Positions 38,528-48,832 of a stretch of DNA of 64,000 nt are shown here, piece after piece. This DNA is from Candidatus Dormiibacterota bacterium (GTDB lineage: Bacteria; Chloroflexota; Dormibacteria; CF-121). Where the stretch lies: contig DASZZN010000014.1 of the NCBI GenBank assembly GCA_035544955.1, positions 196,811 to 260,810 on the forward strand, read 5' to 3'. Every line of letters begins with the position of its first letter. Within the stretch, counting starts at the first letter, position 1. The translations under genes and the position numbers were made by a program. The notes beneath the pieces were generated by a model. It saw nothing but the letters and a program-made list of their open reading frames with translations. It did not search any database and had not been told where the DNA came from.

Positions 38528-39153
38528 TGCGAGACGGGCAACATAGACTTAGACACGACGCACCTATGGCGCTGATGCACCGGCGATTAGCCGACTCCAT
38601 CGTCCCGGCAGCCTGCTTCCGTGTCCTCAAAACGGCCTTGCCGGCAGACCAGTGTGGTCAGCGCCTTGCCGGGCGGATAGGGTACGGGTCGATGGGGGTC
38701 GCCGAGCAACAATGGTCATCCATTGGTATGAGCGACGCGTTTTCGGCCGAGGCTCTAGCGAGACAGCCTCTTCGAGGGTCCGTCAATTCGAGAGGGTTTC
38801 AGGTCGCCAAGAGAGTTCCTATCGGCTTTCCGCCTCAACTGGCAATGGCCCGAATGCTCTTCGAAACTTGGGCTCGTGGAACGTTCGTTCCTGAGCAAGA
38901 TGGAACGAATGTAGTCCTTCGCATCGGAGGGCCGCGCGGACTGCGCTGCCTCTGGCTCGGTATCGGCATCGTCGCGTTCTTCCTGGCTCTTGGAGCGGCA
39001 GGGAATGCATTTTCGAGCTGGTCAGTACTCGCAATACCCGGAGCCTTCGCAGCCGTGATTCTGCTGAGTCGTCTAGCGGCTTGGAATGACGTCGATTACT
39101 TGATCGACGTTATTTTGACAACCCTGCAGGCTGGAGACTCCCGGGCCGCATAG
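38524..39153 (+). CDS. Hypothetical membrane protein
   Basis: Overlaps the previous stop by 4 nt. C-terminal TM helices (LWLGIGIVAFFLALGAAGNAFSSWSVLAIPGAFAAVILL). Confidence 0.35.
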   Translation: MMRDGQHRLRHDAPMALMHRRLADSIVPAACFRVLKTALPADQCGQRLAGRIGYGSMGVAEQQWSSIGMSDAFSAEALARQPLRGSVNSRGFQVAKRVPIGFPPQLAMARMLFETWARGTFVPEQDGTNVVLRIGGPRGLRCLWLGIGIVAFFLALGAAGNAFSSWSVLAIPGAFAAVILLSRLAAWNDVDYLIDVILTTLQAGDSRAA

Positions 39154-39266
39154 GAGCTGCGGCAGCTACTTGCGGGTCTTGGGCTCGCGGAGCGAGCCAT
39201 CTCTCTGACGGCATAACTCCGTGGCGGTCCCGTGTAGCTAATCGATGACACAGCCGTTATACAGCC

Positions 39267-39587
39267 ATGACCGATGCAGTTCAAAAGAGGTCTCTTGTCG
39301 CTCGGCTGGCCCGTTGGTGGGTAGCAGCCGTTTTGTGCTGGCTCCTGGGCCTAATGTTTTCGGAAACCGCTGCCGATGGGATCGCGCAGACCCCGCAGGC
39401 AGACCAGGCAATGTGGGTGCTCGTCTTTCGCTTGTTGCCCTTGGGCCCTTTGGTGGCGACCCTCGGCTATGGGGGTCTTCAGGTAGCTCGGAGGCACTGG
39501 TCAGCCGGGCTTGGCTTGCGGTGTGCGCGAATCGTGCTGATTGGTGGCATCGTTCTGATTGCTATCGCGACGCCCAAGCCCTCGTAG
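39267..39587 (+). CDS. Hypothetical small membrane protein
   Basis: Three hydrophobic segments, no motif. Confidence 0.3.
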   Translation: MTDAVQKRSLVARLARWWVAAVLCWLLGLMFSETAADGIAQTPQADQAMWVLVFRLLPLGPLVATLGYGGLQVARRHWSAGLGLRCARIVLIGGIVLIAIATPKPS

Positions 39588-39768
39588 CCTCCGAACGCCC
39601 GAATGCAGTCAACGAAATAGAGATTGATTCGAACGCCAATCCTTCCACCTGACTACCGGTAGGTCGTGGCTAACGCATCCTAGTTCGCGGTGTTAAGAAG
39701 CGATCAAGGGGACGGATTCTTCGTTTCCTTAAGACGTGCTGACCAGCAGCACGCAGCAGCGCCACGGA

Positions 39769-40677
39769 TCACCTCAGCTTGGCCAACACCCTTCCAACCC
39801 ACTGCTCGAATCGTTCCCAAGTCGCAGCTTGCCGCCGTGTCCGCGGGGGTTCTTCGTCTCGTAGCAGGTCGATTGCGTCAACGAGATCCCAGTAGGGCTC
39901 ATGCACAAAGTCTGAGCCGGCGCGGTCGCTGTAGAGGGCAAGGAAGCGGTCCGCGGACGCGAGGTCGTAATCCCCCACCAGGTTGAGACGCATGCGCGCC
40001 AAGTCGATCGACCGGGGTCCCCTGCAGGCCGTCGGCCAGTCCACGATCCCGGCGATCCGACTCTTGGCCACGAGGATGTTTCCAGGATGGTAGTCGCGGT
40101 GGATAAAGCGGCCTTCATCGTGAGGTGCCGGTCCGCCCAGAACGTCGAGGACCCGCGCCCAAAGGGCCGACCGTGAAGACCATCCCAAAATCGGTTGGGT
40201 CGGCAAAGGCTCGTAGGGCGCATAGGTGGGCAGCGCTTGGATACGGACGGGGGTGACGGCGTGGACTTGGCACAGAACCGCTGCCGCTTCCTGAAGGTAT
40301 GCGTCAAAGTTGGCAAGGCGTCGGCGGACTGGCCGCCCTGAGATTCGCGTCTCCAGCAATGTCGGCACGTCACACCATTTGGGCTCTACATCCTCGGCAA
40401 CGAGCCGGGGCGCGGGAACGTTCACCTCGGCCAAGATCCTCAGCGCCTCGGCTTCCTGTTCTGGTCGATACCACGGATCGCTATCGAGGCGATTGACATC
40501 AACGTACCGCCGCAGTGCGAGTCGCCGGATCTGACCAGACTCGTCGACGATGTCCACGGCGTGCATCTCGGTGGAGCTTCTGCCCATCCAGACCACGGTA
40601 AGGACGCTGTAGCGCGAACCGATCGTTTGAGCGATCCACTCCAGTGTCCGCCGCGGGATTTTCGCGTGCTTCAGCAT
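39769..40677 (-). CDS. Aminoglycoside/small-molecule phosphotransferase (APH, protein-kinase-like fold)
   Basis: FIHRDYHPGNILV (Brenner motif variant) and GIVDWPTACRGPRSIDL (DFG-equivalent IDW). Confidence 0.75.
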   Translation of the reverse strand: MLKHAKIPRRTLEWIAQTIGSRYSVLTVVWMGRSSTEMHAVDIVDESGQIRRLALRRYVDVNRLDSDPWYRPEQEAEALRILAEVNVPAPRLVAEDVEPKWCDVPTLLETRISGRPVRRRLANFDAYLQEAAAVLCQVHAVTPVRIQALPTYAPYEPLPTQPILGWSSRSALWARVLDVLGGPAPHDEGRFIHRDYHPGNILVAKSRIAGIVDWPTACRGPRSIDLARMRLNLVGDYDLASADRFLALYSDRAGSDFVHEPYWDLVDAIDLLRDEEPPRTRRQAATWERFEQWVGRVLAKLR

Positions 40678-40862
40678 TTCAGCGCGGACTTTCGATCCTG
40701 CACCAGTTCGCGGTATACATCCATTTGCCCAATTGTCCGCAACCTAACACCGCCTTTGGCCGCCCGGGTGGTGCTTGTTAAGAATCGATGAGGACTTCGT
40801 CCAGTCGCGCGATCATCTGGACGATGGTCGAGGTAGCAAAGGCTTCCGTCTGGAGACTTGCC

Positions 40863-41651
40863 TCAGCGGCGCGCGTAGACAAATAACCGGTCCTCGGATG
40901 AATGCCATCGAGGGACGGGTACTGCCTCGATACGCCGCCAGGACCACTGTAGCCGCGCCTGAAAGCCCTCACTACCAGGACCTTGCTCGCCCGGTTCCCC
41001 GACCACCGCGACGTGCTCGCCCGGGTAGGCGAGCAGCGAGGCTTCGTCAAAACCGCTCCAGGGATCCGGCCAGCACAGTAGGAGGGTTCGCTCAGAATGG
41101 CGCAGAAGGACTTCCGGACCGCCTTGCAGGACCTCCGTCCAGAGCACAGGCTCCGCGCGCTGCGGATGCGGCCGAGCCACAATCGCACGGGTGCCGCGAT
41201 GTCGAATCTCCGTCACGATGGATGGACGGAACCAGGAGCGCCATGACTCACCCATGATGTCGTAGGCGACGATATCCACATCTCGCTCGCGCAGGCAACG
41301 AGCCCAGTATCCTGTGCCGGCACCGATTTCGACGAGGGGCCCGTACCGGGCGAGACAGTCGAGCGCGTCATTCCCTGGGACTCCGAACGCGTACTTGCGG
41401 CTGAGATGGTCTCTGATCTGCAGCCTGCTGTTCTCGTCTTCTTTCCAGCACGCGATCATTCGGTACTCCGACGGGTCGGTACCCAGCTCGGAGCAACAGA
41501 TCCAACCAGGAACGCGCGAGCCATTCGCAGCGGCCCATTCCTCAAGGTATGGATTCCAAGGCATGGCCAAGATGCTAGAGAATCGGAACCGGCCGCGACC
41601 CATTGAATCCCCTTTCACGCTGGTTACCTGGATTGCGTCCGCCGTGCCCAA
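40863..41651 (-). CDS. Class I SAM-dependent methyltransferase
   Basis: Motif I LVEIGAGTGYWARCL and the acidic post-I residue in DVDIVAYD. The N-terminus is uncertain (possible internal start MPWNPY). Confidence 0.65.
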   Translation of the reverse strand: MGTADAIQVTSVKGDSMGRGRFRFSSILAMPWNPYLEEWAAANGSRVPGWICCSELGTDPSEYRMIACWKEDENSRLQIRDHLSRKYAFGVPGNDALDCLARYGPLVEIGAGTGYWARCLRERDVDIVAYDIMGESWRSWFRPSIVTEIRHRGTRAIVARPHPQRAEPVLWTEVLQGGPEVLLRHSERTLLLCWPDPWSGFDEASLLAYPGEHVAVVGEPGEQGPGSEGFQARLQWSWRRIEAVPVPRWHSSEDRLFVYARR

Positions 41652-41785
41652 GGCAGTTTGGCGGCAACGCCGGCGGTGCGGAGCAGGTCATCTTCGTCGA
41701 GGCATGGCGCGGCTTAGTCGAGGGAGCCGCCCCCAGATCCCTGGGCTGAAACCTGCGAACCCCTTCGTGCGTGTAATAAGCAGGG

Positions 41786-42352
41786 ATGACCGACTCCGAA
41801 GCGGTCCAAGCTCTGCAGCGGGGTGACCAACGCGGCTTAGAGGCTTTGGTGGAGCGCTATGAGCTCCGTGCGCTCCGTACGGCGTACCACGTCACAAGAG
41901 ATCCGGAATCGGCCAAGGACGTCGTGGCCGATGCGTTCTTGGCCGTGTTCGAGCGTATCGATAGCTGCGACCCAGACCGTCCATTCGAGCCATGGCTCGT
42001 CAGAATCGTCGTTAACCGCGCCATTTCGATAACGCGCCGGGTCAACCGCTACCAAAAAGTCCTATCCCTGCTCAGGCGAGGACCGGAGCCGCACGACCCC
42101 GAAGCTGAAGTCCTCCGAAACGAATTGCACATCGTGCTAGCTGAAGCGCTTAGGTCACTGCCCGTCCAGGAGCGGGCCGCACTCTCGTTGCGTTACCTCC
42201 TCGATCTAGGCGAGCGTCAAATAGCGGAATCTCTCGGTTGGCCGCTGGGCACCGTGAAGACCCGACTCCACAGAGGACGCGCCCATTTGCGGAAGAAACT
42301 GGAAACGGATGGCGGCGGTCTATGGACCACATACGCAATGGAGGGTGATTGA
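41786..42352 (+). CDS. ECF RNA polymerase sigma factor (third copy)
   Basis: Region 2 (DVVADAFLAVFER...WLVRIVVNRAI) and region 4 (LPVQERAALSLRYLLDLGERQIAESLGWPLGTVKTRLHRGRAHLRKKL). Confidence 0.85.
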   Translation: MTDSEAVQALQRGDQRGLEALVERYELRALRTAYHVTRDPESAKDVVADAFLAVFERIDSCDPDRPFEPWLVRIVVNRAISITRRVNRYQKVLSLLRRGPEPHDPEAEVLRNELHIVLAEALRSLPVQERAALSLRYLLDLGERQIAESLGWPLGTVKTRLHRGRAHLRKKLETDGGGLWTTYAMEGD

Positions 42353-43104
42353 GACCGATGCAAGACCAGATGTTTGATCGTCGGCTTGGGATGCTATTCG
42401 TCTCCGACGCCGTTAGAGCCATTCCTGAGGGAACGTCGGTGCTGTTCGACATCAACAGGCGACTCGCGCGCCAACGCTCACCGCGACGGCGCTCGCTCGT
42501 GATCGTCGCGAGTGTCACGGCTGTGGCTCTCGGCTTGCTTCTCGCGGTCACGCCGGCTCGGGCTGCGGTCGGCGACTTCCTTCGCTTCGCTTTCGTGCAA
42601 CGGTTCGGGACTGTGCTTGTCACTCCAACACCGACCCAAGCAACTGGAGCAGCAACGGCGCCAGGGGTGGTCGGAGGGAGCCAACAAATGCCCAGACTTA
42701 CCCTGGCGGAGGCTCAGCAGTTGGCAGGCTTCCCCATCCCGCAGCCATCCTTCCTTCCCCAGGGCGTGGTGTTCCGGTTTGCCTTCGCATCCACCGACCA
42801 CACAGGCGTCGTGCTCTCCTACGGGCGAGTCGGCGACGAATCGAGCGGTATGGGCATTCAGATTGCCCAAGGGGCGCATAGCGGCGGCTATGCGATTCCC
42901 GCCTCAGCCGCCCGAACCGTGAAAGTCAACGGCCACGACGCCGTCTATGCGCACGGATCGTGGGATCAGTCGCAGAACTGGAACGGCTCGGCTGACTCGG
43001 CCTTGCTGTCGTGGCAAGGGGGCGGCTTCACCTATGTAATGAGTTACTCCGGCCTTCGCCTCAGCCAAGCTGACATGATCCGGATCGCCGAGTCTTTGCA
43101 CTAG
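42349..43104 (+). CDS. Putative membrane-anchored anti-sigma factor
   Basis: Overlaps the sigma stop by 4 nt. Single TM helix (LVIVASVTAVALGLLLAV) followed by an extracytoplasmic domain. Confidence 0.5.
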   Translation: MRPMQDQMFDRRLGMLFVSDAVRAIPEGTSVLFDINRRLARQRSPRRRSLVIVASVTAVALGLLLAVTPARAAVGDFLRFAFVQRFGTVLVTPTPTQATGAATAPGVVGGSQQMPRLTLAEAQQLAGFPIPQPSFLPQGVVFRFAFASTDHTGVVLSYGRVGDESSGMGIQIAQGAHSGGYAIPASAARTVKVNGHDAVYAHGSWDQSQNWNGSADSALLSWQGGGFTYVMSYSGLRLSQADMIRIAESLH

Positions 43105-43446
43105 CTGGCATATCTCCGCCCGAGCCGACGGCACCTGCGCGATCGGCAGGAGCGAAAACGTCGGACCAGGCTGGAACCGGCCCGCGACCTAGTTGAGAAA
43201 GCGTCCGGCCGCCCTCGGCCGTAGCCTCCCGAGCGCTTTGGCGGGCCCGGAGATTCGGGGTGGTCAAGGTTGTGCGGCGCGGCTAGTGTAGAGGGTATGG
43301 GGCTGGGATCTCGAGTCGGCCGTACGCCGTCGATGCGGTCTCATCGAAAGCGACAGCCCCACGAAAGTATCTGGAGTCGACGCGGTGCTGGGGTATCGAG
43401 AATTCATCGGATAAGGCCGCGGTGAGAGTCGCAGGCTACGTATCTG

Positions 43447-43647
43447 ATGAAACTGTTGGGTGTCGCCTTGATCGTCGGAGGAACTCTCACGCTGCTGTTC
43501 AATGGGATCTGCACGCGTCTAACGATGGTACTACGGGAGAAGGTGGGCGTCTTCGTGTATCGAAGCCCGCGATTTGCTCGTATCGTATCGATCGCCATTA
43601 GTCTCGCATGGATCGGTGAGGGACGACATCTCGTGCTGAAATACTGA
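43447..43647 (+). CDS. Small two-TM membrane protein (paralog A)
   Basis: 66 aa (LLGVALIVGGTLTLLFNG...IVSIAISLAWIG). Paralogous to the next ORF. Confidence 0.35.
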   Translation: MKLLGVALIVGGTLTLLFNGICTRLTMVLREKVGVFVYRSPRFARIVSIAISLAWIGEGRHLVLKY

Positions 43648-43690
43648 GGCGTCCAATGTGTGTTAGGTCGACTGCTCATGCAGCGGTTCC

Positions 43691-43894
43691 ATGACAGCTG
43701 TCAAAGTTTGGGGTGTATTCCTCATCCTGGTTGGAGCTGGTCTACTCATCTTCAACAAGGCGTGGGTCGCGTTCACCAAGACACACGGTTTGGTGCCGTT
43801 CTACGTCAGGGGATGGTGGATCCCTCGACTCGTGACTGTGCTGGTTGGATTCGTCATGGTGGTTGCTGGTGTTCAGGCACTACTAGCGAGGTGA
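43691..43894 (+). CDS. Small two-TM membrane protein (paralog B)
   Basis: 67 aa (VWGVFLILVGAGLLIFNK...LVTVLVGFVMVVAGV). Same topology and length as the previous ORF. Confidence 0.35.
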   Translation: MTAVKVWGVFLILVGAGLLIFNKAWVAFTKTHGLVPFYVRGWWIPRLVTVLVGFVMVVAGVQALLAR

Positions 43895-43940
43895 GATTCG
43901 GAGAGACTCCGAGCTCGCCGCACGACCATGGGGAGGGGCA

Positions 43941-44588
43941 ATGGAGTTGACGTCCGTCCGAGCCAACCTGGAACTGAGAAACCCTGACGGCTCCCTTGGC
44001 TGGGCCGGGTATTGGATCATGGGCGTCGGTGCGTTGATGGTTTTGGGCGGATTGGCAAACGTTGCCGGCTTGCCGCGCCAATGGCTTCCGCCCAAGGTTC
44101 CCCGATGGGTTCAAGTCATTTGGGGCGCTGTCGGGTTGTGCGCCGGGACCGGCTTCATTCTATGGGCTGCGCTTTCTGGGCCCGGGGTTGTTTATGGGGC
44201 GTCAGGTTCTGTCTCTCAGCCTTCAAGTGGGCAGCATTCATCGACCGCTCGTACGGTCGTTTTCCTCGCGCTGGCCGGTGGCGCCGTAGTCTGCTGGACG
44301 GTTGGACTTATAAGTGCTCTGCTGGCGTGGCCAGCAACATCTCGATGGCGGAGGACGTTAAAGAAGCGTGAAGGGCTCCCGGGACCATGGGACTTTACGA
44401 TGGATATGACCAAGCAGTACGAGGTGTTCGGGCGTCTCTTTGGACGGCAACCCGACCCTGACCCAATCGCAGAAATTGATCGAGCCGCCGCCAGGCGCCA
44501 CTACGCACGTTTTTTCATTGCCATTGGCGGGTTCGTCGGTTTGTTGGCCATTGGTGCGGTAATTGTCAGTTTGATTCCCCAACGATAG
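43941..44588 (+). CDS. Hypothetical multi-TM membrane protein
   Basis: Four or more hydrophobic helices. No motif. Confidence 0.45.
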   Translation: MELTSVRANLELRNPDGSLGWAGYWIMGVGALMVLGGLANVAGLPRQWLPPKVPRWVQVIWGAVGLCAGTGFILWAALSGPGVVYGASGSVSQPSSGQHSSTARTVVFLALAGGAVVCWTVGLISALLAWPATSRWRRTLKKREGLPGPWDFTMDMTKQYEVFGRLFGRQPDPDPIAEIDRAAARRHYARFFIAIGGFVGLLAIGAVIVSLIPQR

Positions 44589-44652
44589 GGCTATCGACAC
44601 CTTCTCGCCCTGTAACGATTGAGCCGAAAGTCTTCGGGCCGACACGGGATCT

Positions 44653-45183
44653 CTAGGCATCGACCGGCGGGCGGCCCGCCTCCCAATCGCGAGCGCGCTG
44701 CATAACTTGCTCGATGAACGGCGCTTTCCTATCACCGTACGATCCTGGTCCGGACAACAGGCTAGTCGATCGCTTTAGTGCTCCATACTCCCGCGCGGCG
44801 TCCGGATGGCTCCGGAGATAGTCACGGAAGAGAAGGTTGTCGTGCCACAGCGAACCACCCCACTCGACGAGGTGGACGTTGAACTCTCTCGGGTAGGTAG
44901 GTCCCTTGCGGAAATAACGCCGGCCTGGCACTCCCATCTCGCCGCGAAACTCGTACCCGATTCGCTCCATTCGACGAAAGATATCGGCATCCAAATCCAG
45001 CTCCCGGGCGCCAACCATGATGTCTACGGTCGGCTTGCCGACTAGCCCGGGAATGGATGTGCTCCCGATATGCTCGATCGCCACGAGCACGGATCGGAGC
45101 GCGTGGGCGACGCGCTCTGCCTCAGCGAGGTACCGCCGCGGCCAATCGGGGTCATATTCAGAGAGTTCGGGACCTCGGGGCAC
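44653..45183 (-). CDS. GrpB-family (UPF0157) nucleotidyltransferase-fold protein
   Basis: YDPDWPRRYLAEAERV...IEHIGSTSIPGLVGKPTVDIMVGA matches the GrpB signature. I placed the start at the in-frame GTG (45183); the 140-aa upstream extension of the ORF is Arg/Ser-rich and looks spurious. Confidence 0.65.
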   Translation of the reverse strand: MPRGPELSEYDPDWPRRYLAEAERVAHALRSVLVAIEHIGSTSIPGLVGKPTVDIMVGARELDLDADIFRRMERIGYEFRGEMGVPGRRYFRKGPTYPREFNVHLVEWGGSLWHDNLLFRDYLRSHPDAAREYGALKRSTSLLSGPGSYGDRKAPFIEQVMQRARDWEAGRPPVDA

Positions 45184-45432
45184 AACAATCAGTGAGAGGC
45201 TAACCGGATTCTCGGGAGATGTATAGCGGCCGCTCAGCAGACGCCAGTCTATGCCGCGTCGACTTTTGCACTTCTGCCGTGGCAATTGGCCGCTTAACCT
45301 ATGTCCTTCAGTCCTCAGGTCTAGCTCCAGTGTCAAAACCGCGCCATGGCGGCTTGACAACGTAACAGACGCCAGGGCTGGGACCGCCGCCTGTAAGGAA
45401 CCAAACCGAGCTTGGCGATGTAGAACTGTCAG

Positions 45433-46500
45433 ATGGCCAGGCGGGTCTCTGCTGCTCTGCTTCTTGGCCTTAGCCTCGCCGCGTGCAGCTGGACCCTTCC
45501 CGGGACAAGTACTGCTCCGGCGACACCCAGGCCTGGGGCTCCTGGAACTGCTTTCGCAGCCCTCAGCAAAGTTCCGCTGAAACTGCCCCACCTTGGACCC
45601 GGACAAGCCTGTCCAGTGTCAGCCCCAAGGCAGCTTGGCCCCGGGTTGGGGACGGGGTTGGGAAGTGGTCCCGTGTACGTGCTCAGCGGCGAGAACGTGC
45701 GCAGCGACCCGGCGCATTCGAACAAGGTGGCCTACGGTGCCGACCCCAGCTACTCGGGGCCGATCAGGATCCGCGGTGGCCGAATCGACGGCGCCGGCCA
45801 GTTCCTTCTGGAGACCTTTGACAATAAGTATCGCGGCGCGCCGGTAAAGACCGTAGACGGCGACCATTTGATGCAGGAGTTGGACCTCCTGGAGTCGCAC
45901 TCCACTTTCCCGAATGTGCCATCCGGTTGGCGGATATGGCCGACCGGGACCTATGTCGCCGCCCCTGGCTGCTACGCCTGGCAGGTGGACGGACTCGGTT
46001 TTACCGAGCTCATCATCTTTCACTCTCTTGATCTTCGGATGCTCTCACCAGGCGCCACTTGCCCAGTGAGCTCGCAACAGGTTGCGCACACCCTTTCGCC
46101 CGAGTTCGGCAGTGGGCCAGCGGTGGGATCCGGGCCGATCTACGCGCTGATGGCCGAAATGACGGGAGGTTCACTCAAGTACAGCCAGTCGTACAACCAG
46201 TCCCACTACAAGAACGGATGGGCCCACTCAAAAGTGCTCTGGATGGCGAAACCAGCGGTTACGGGAACCGTGCTGATTCGCGGCCAACAGATCGATGGGC
46301 CGATCAATAGCCAGCAATGGATCGGTTTTGGGGAGGGTGATGTCCCTGACTTCACACTGCATTGGGAGATTGCGTCCGAGGCGGGATGGGCTAACCTGCC
46401 GTCCGATGTCCGCATTCCCACGCCCGGCTGCTACGCGTACCAGGTCGACGCTCAGGGCCGAAGTGAAGTTATCGTCTTCCAGGTTGTCGGTGTCGACTGA
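45433..46500 (+). CDS. Hypothetical lipoprotein
   Basis: Signal peptide with lipobox (LLLGLSLAAC|SW). Secreted-protein composition. Confidence 0.55.
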   Translation: MARRVSAALLLGLSLAACSWTLPGTSTAPATPRPGAPGTAFAALSKVPLKLPHLGPGQACPVSAPRQLGPGLGTGLGSGPVYVLSGENVRSDPAHSNKVAYGADPSYSGPIRIRGGRIDGAGQFLLETFDNKYRGAPVKTVDGDHLMQELDLLESHSTFPNVPSGWRIWPTGTYVAAPGCYAWQVDGLGFTELIIFHSLDLRMLSPGATCPVSSQQVAHTLSPEFGSGPAVGSGPIYALMAEMTGGSLKYSQSYNQSHYKNGWAHSKVLWMAKPAVTGTVLIRGQQIDGPINSQQWIGFGEGDVPDFTLHWEIASEAGWANLPSDVRIPTPGCYAYQVDAQGRSEVIVFQVVGVD

Positions 46501-46813
46501 CGGTCGTACCGGCCACCGCTTATGGGTGTGGGATAAACGATGAGGAAGAAGGTTACGCCGGGCTCCAGCGCTAGGTGGTGGAAGTGGATTCGAGCCGCCA
46601 ATCGATCTCACTGAATCGGTAGACAAGGCCAAAGGCCGCGGCTGTTAAGGAGCGATCAAGAGTTCGTCCAGTCGCGCGATCATCTGGACGAAGGCCGCCA
46701 TAGCAACTGGGCTGCTCACCCCGGCATCGCTCGCATTGACGTGTTGGTGCGGCAGGCCGGTGTCATCTGTATCGCCCGCGCGTCGGGGTGGATATTTCCC
46801 TGGACGGTGATGC

Positions 46814-47770
46814 TCAGGATTGAGCAACGGCGACGGTTGGCTTGCCTTGCCACCAGGCGAGAGTCTCTTGAATTGCCTGCTCGTGTTGGGTCGGCCGGCT
46901 CCCAAACGCTCGGGCGAATTTGCTGTGGTCCACCACCCACGGGCGCTCCGACTGGTAGAGCGTCTCCTTGACGGCTCGCATCGCAGGGATGAAGAGACCG
47001 AGCGTTGAGATCATGAGCCTCGGGACCGTCTGCAGCCGCGCCGGCCGCTGGAGCTGCTCGAAGACCATCTCGATGAACCTTCGCGTCGTAACGGTCTCGG
47101 CGCTGGGGATATGCCAGACCTCTCCCAGGGCCTCGTCCCGTTGCGCCAGGGTCAGGAGCCCCGCCGCGAAATCGTCAATAAACGTGTAGGTGTGGAGCGT
47201 GTCCGGATCGCCCACGGTCTGAGCCGGCTTCCCGGCAAGCGCCCGGGCAAACACGCCATTGCCCACCTTGGACTGCCGGGCGCGTGGACCGTAGAAATCT
47301 GACGCCCGGCCGATAGTCGCGCGCACCGTGCCAGCCGCGTGCGCGTTCATGAGCGTGGTCGCCACCTGAGCTCTAGCACGGGTGGTGGGACCGATTGGTC
47401 GATAGGGCAGGTTCTCGCGAATGGGACCGTCGACCGGCCCGTACGCATAAAGGTTATCGCCGTACACCAGTCTGGCCCCGGACGCGGTCGCCCCGTCGAT
47501 GATGCCGTTCATGATGGGCGGCAGGGTCTGCGTCCATCGACCGTAGGGGCCACTGGCGCAGTGAAACACGATGGCCGCTCCCTCACAAACCCTCCGAGCG
47601 GCCGCCGGATCGGTCACATCGGCGGCGACGACTTCCACCCCTTGCGGCGCATCCGCTTTCCCGCTTCGATTGACCAGTCGGACTGGTTGGCCCGACGACA
47701 TCAGCCGGCCGGCGACGGCGAGTCCCAGGGGTCCGGTGCCGAAGACCACGTTCTCTGCATTTGGCTGCAT
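46814..47770 (-). CDS. NAD(P)-binding SDR-family epimerase/dehydratase-like protein
   Basis: I placed the start at the ATG at 47770, which has an AGGAAG RBS. Rossmann motif VFGTGPLGLAVAGRL. 318 aa. Confidence 0.7.
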   Translation of the reverse strand: MQPNAENVVFGTGPLGLAVAGRLMSSGQPVRLVNRSGKADAPQGVEVVAADVTDPAAARRVCEGAAIVFHCASGPYGRWTQTLPPIMNGIIDGATASGARLVYGDNLYAYGPVDGPIRENLPYRPIGPTTRARAQVATTLMNAHAAGTVRATIGRASDFYGPRARQSKVGNGVFARALAGKPAQTVGDPDTLHTYTFIDDFAAGLLTLAQRDEALGEVWHIPSAETVTTRRFIEMVFEQLQRPARLQTVPRLMISTLGLFIPAMRAVKETLYQSERPWVVDHSKFARAFGSRPTQHEQAIQETLAWWQGKPTVAVAQS

Positions 47771-47888
47771 GCTTCCTCTTCTCTCTGAGTTAGTGTATGC
47801 CGAGCACTTCAACGATTAGGGGTGTGTCCAGCCACACGTGGGGCGCGATCGCGTGGTGGGGGCGCTGCTTCATGCGCTCATCGTTCTG

Positions 47889-48731
47889 TCACCGGTTGGA
47901 AGACACGGAAGAAATGTTAATGAAGAGATGGATGGTGGCCGCTCCACCAACCACGGCGACTAAAACCGCGAAGAAGAGCACAGGAGTCACAAGTTGGATC
48001 CCGGCGGCGGCCGCGGCGATCTGGATGCCAATTAGGGCCAGGCCAAACGTCGTGGCCCACAGCAGCAGGATCGGCGACAGCAGATAGCCAACCGGGTGAC
48101 GCCGCAGCAGCAGAACGCCGGCGACGATCAGGAGCGGAACGATGAGGCTAAGGTCAACGGCTTGGACAACCAGTGTCGTGTAGCTCTCGAGCCCTGGAGG
48201 CGCGCTGTTTGAGGAGATCGACGGGAGGATGCGGCCGAGCCAGAGGAGGAGAACGATGACGCCGATGCCTATCAGCAACCCGCCAACCCTTCGCCTTGCC
48301 AATCGGGACCCGGTGGCACCTTGGAGCTGGCCGACGTCGATCGACAATACCGATAGCACGAGTGCAAACGAGCTGGCCGAGAACAGGGCCACATACACGA
48401 GGAAGAACGGGTTGTAGGCCGCGCCGAAGGCAAAGATGAGGTAGGTGTAGGCGAAGTAGAAAAGCGCGCCGGACTGGAGCAGCTGGGCCCTAAGGGAACC
48501 CGTTCGTGCCAGATACGTGGCCACCAAGAGCAGCGGGATTCCGACGATAAGGGTCACGACGTCCAACCCAACACCCTGCGCCGCCGCTGACACTGATTCG
48601 TGGCCGTAGAGCCCGCCGCCCTGAATGGAGACAAGCTCATCCCGCAGCGATACGAACTGGTGATGCCGGTGACCGGCGGACGTCAAGATCCCGACCAGGG
48701 TGGCTGGCAGGGCCAAGAGCGCCGTGAGCAC
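47889..48731 (-). CDS. Hypothetical polytopic membrane protein
   Basis: Eight or more hydrophobic helices. Confidence 0.5.
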   Translation of the reverse strand: MLTALLALPATLVGILTSAGHRHHQFVSLRDELVSIQGGGLYGHESVSAAAQGVGLDVVTLIVGIPLLLVATYLARTGSLRAQLLQSGALFYFAYTYLIFAFGAAYNPFFLVYVALFSASSFALVLSVLSIDVGQLQGATGSRLARRRVGGLLIGIGVIVLLLWLGRILPSISSNSAPPGLESYTTLVVQAVDLSLIVPLLIVAGVLLLRRHPVGYLLSPILLLWATTFGLALIGIQIAAAAAGIQLVTPVLFFAVLVAVVGGAATIHLFINISSVSSNR

Positions 48732-48832
48732 GGAAAGACCGGTGATCCAAGGGCGAGCGATCCGGTTCAGTTTCGGGTCACCCCGGTAACCTGCATCTGG
48801 GTTTCCAGTCTCGCGGCATCATCCGATCTCCC

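Noticed and set aside
45184-45606. 141-codon upstream extension of the GrpB ORF
   Set aside because: Low-complexity Arg/Ser-rich. GrpB proteins are ~170-200 aa and begin near the YDPDWP motif.
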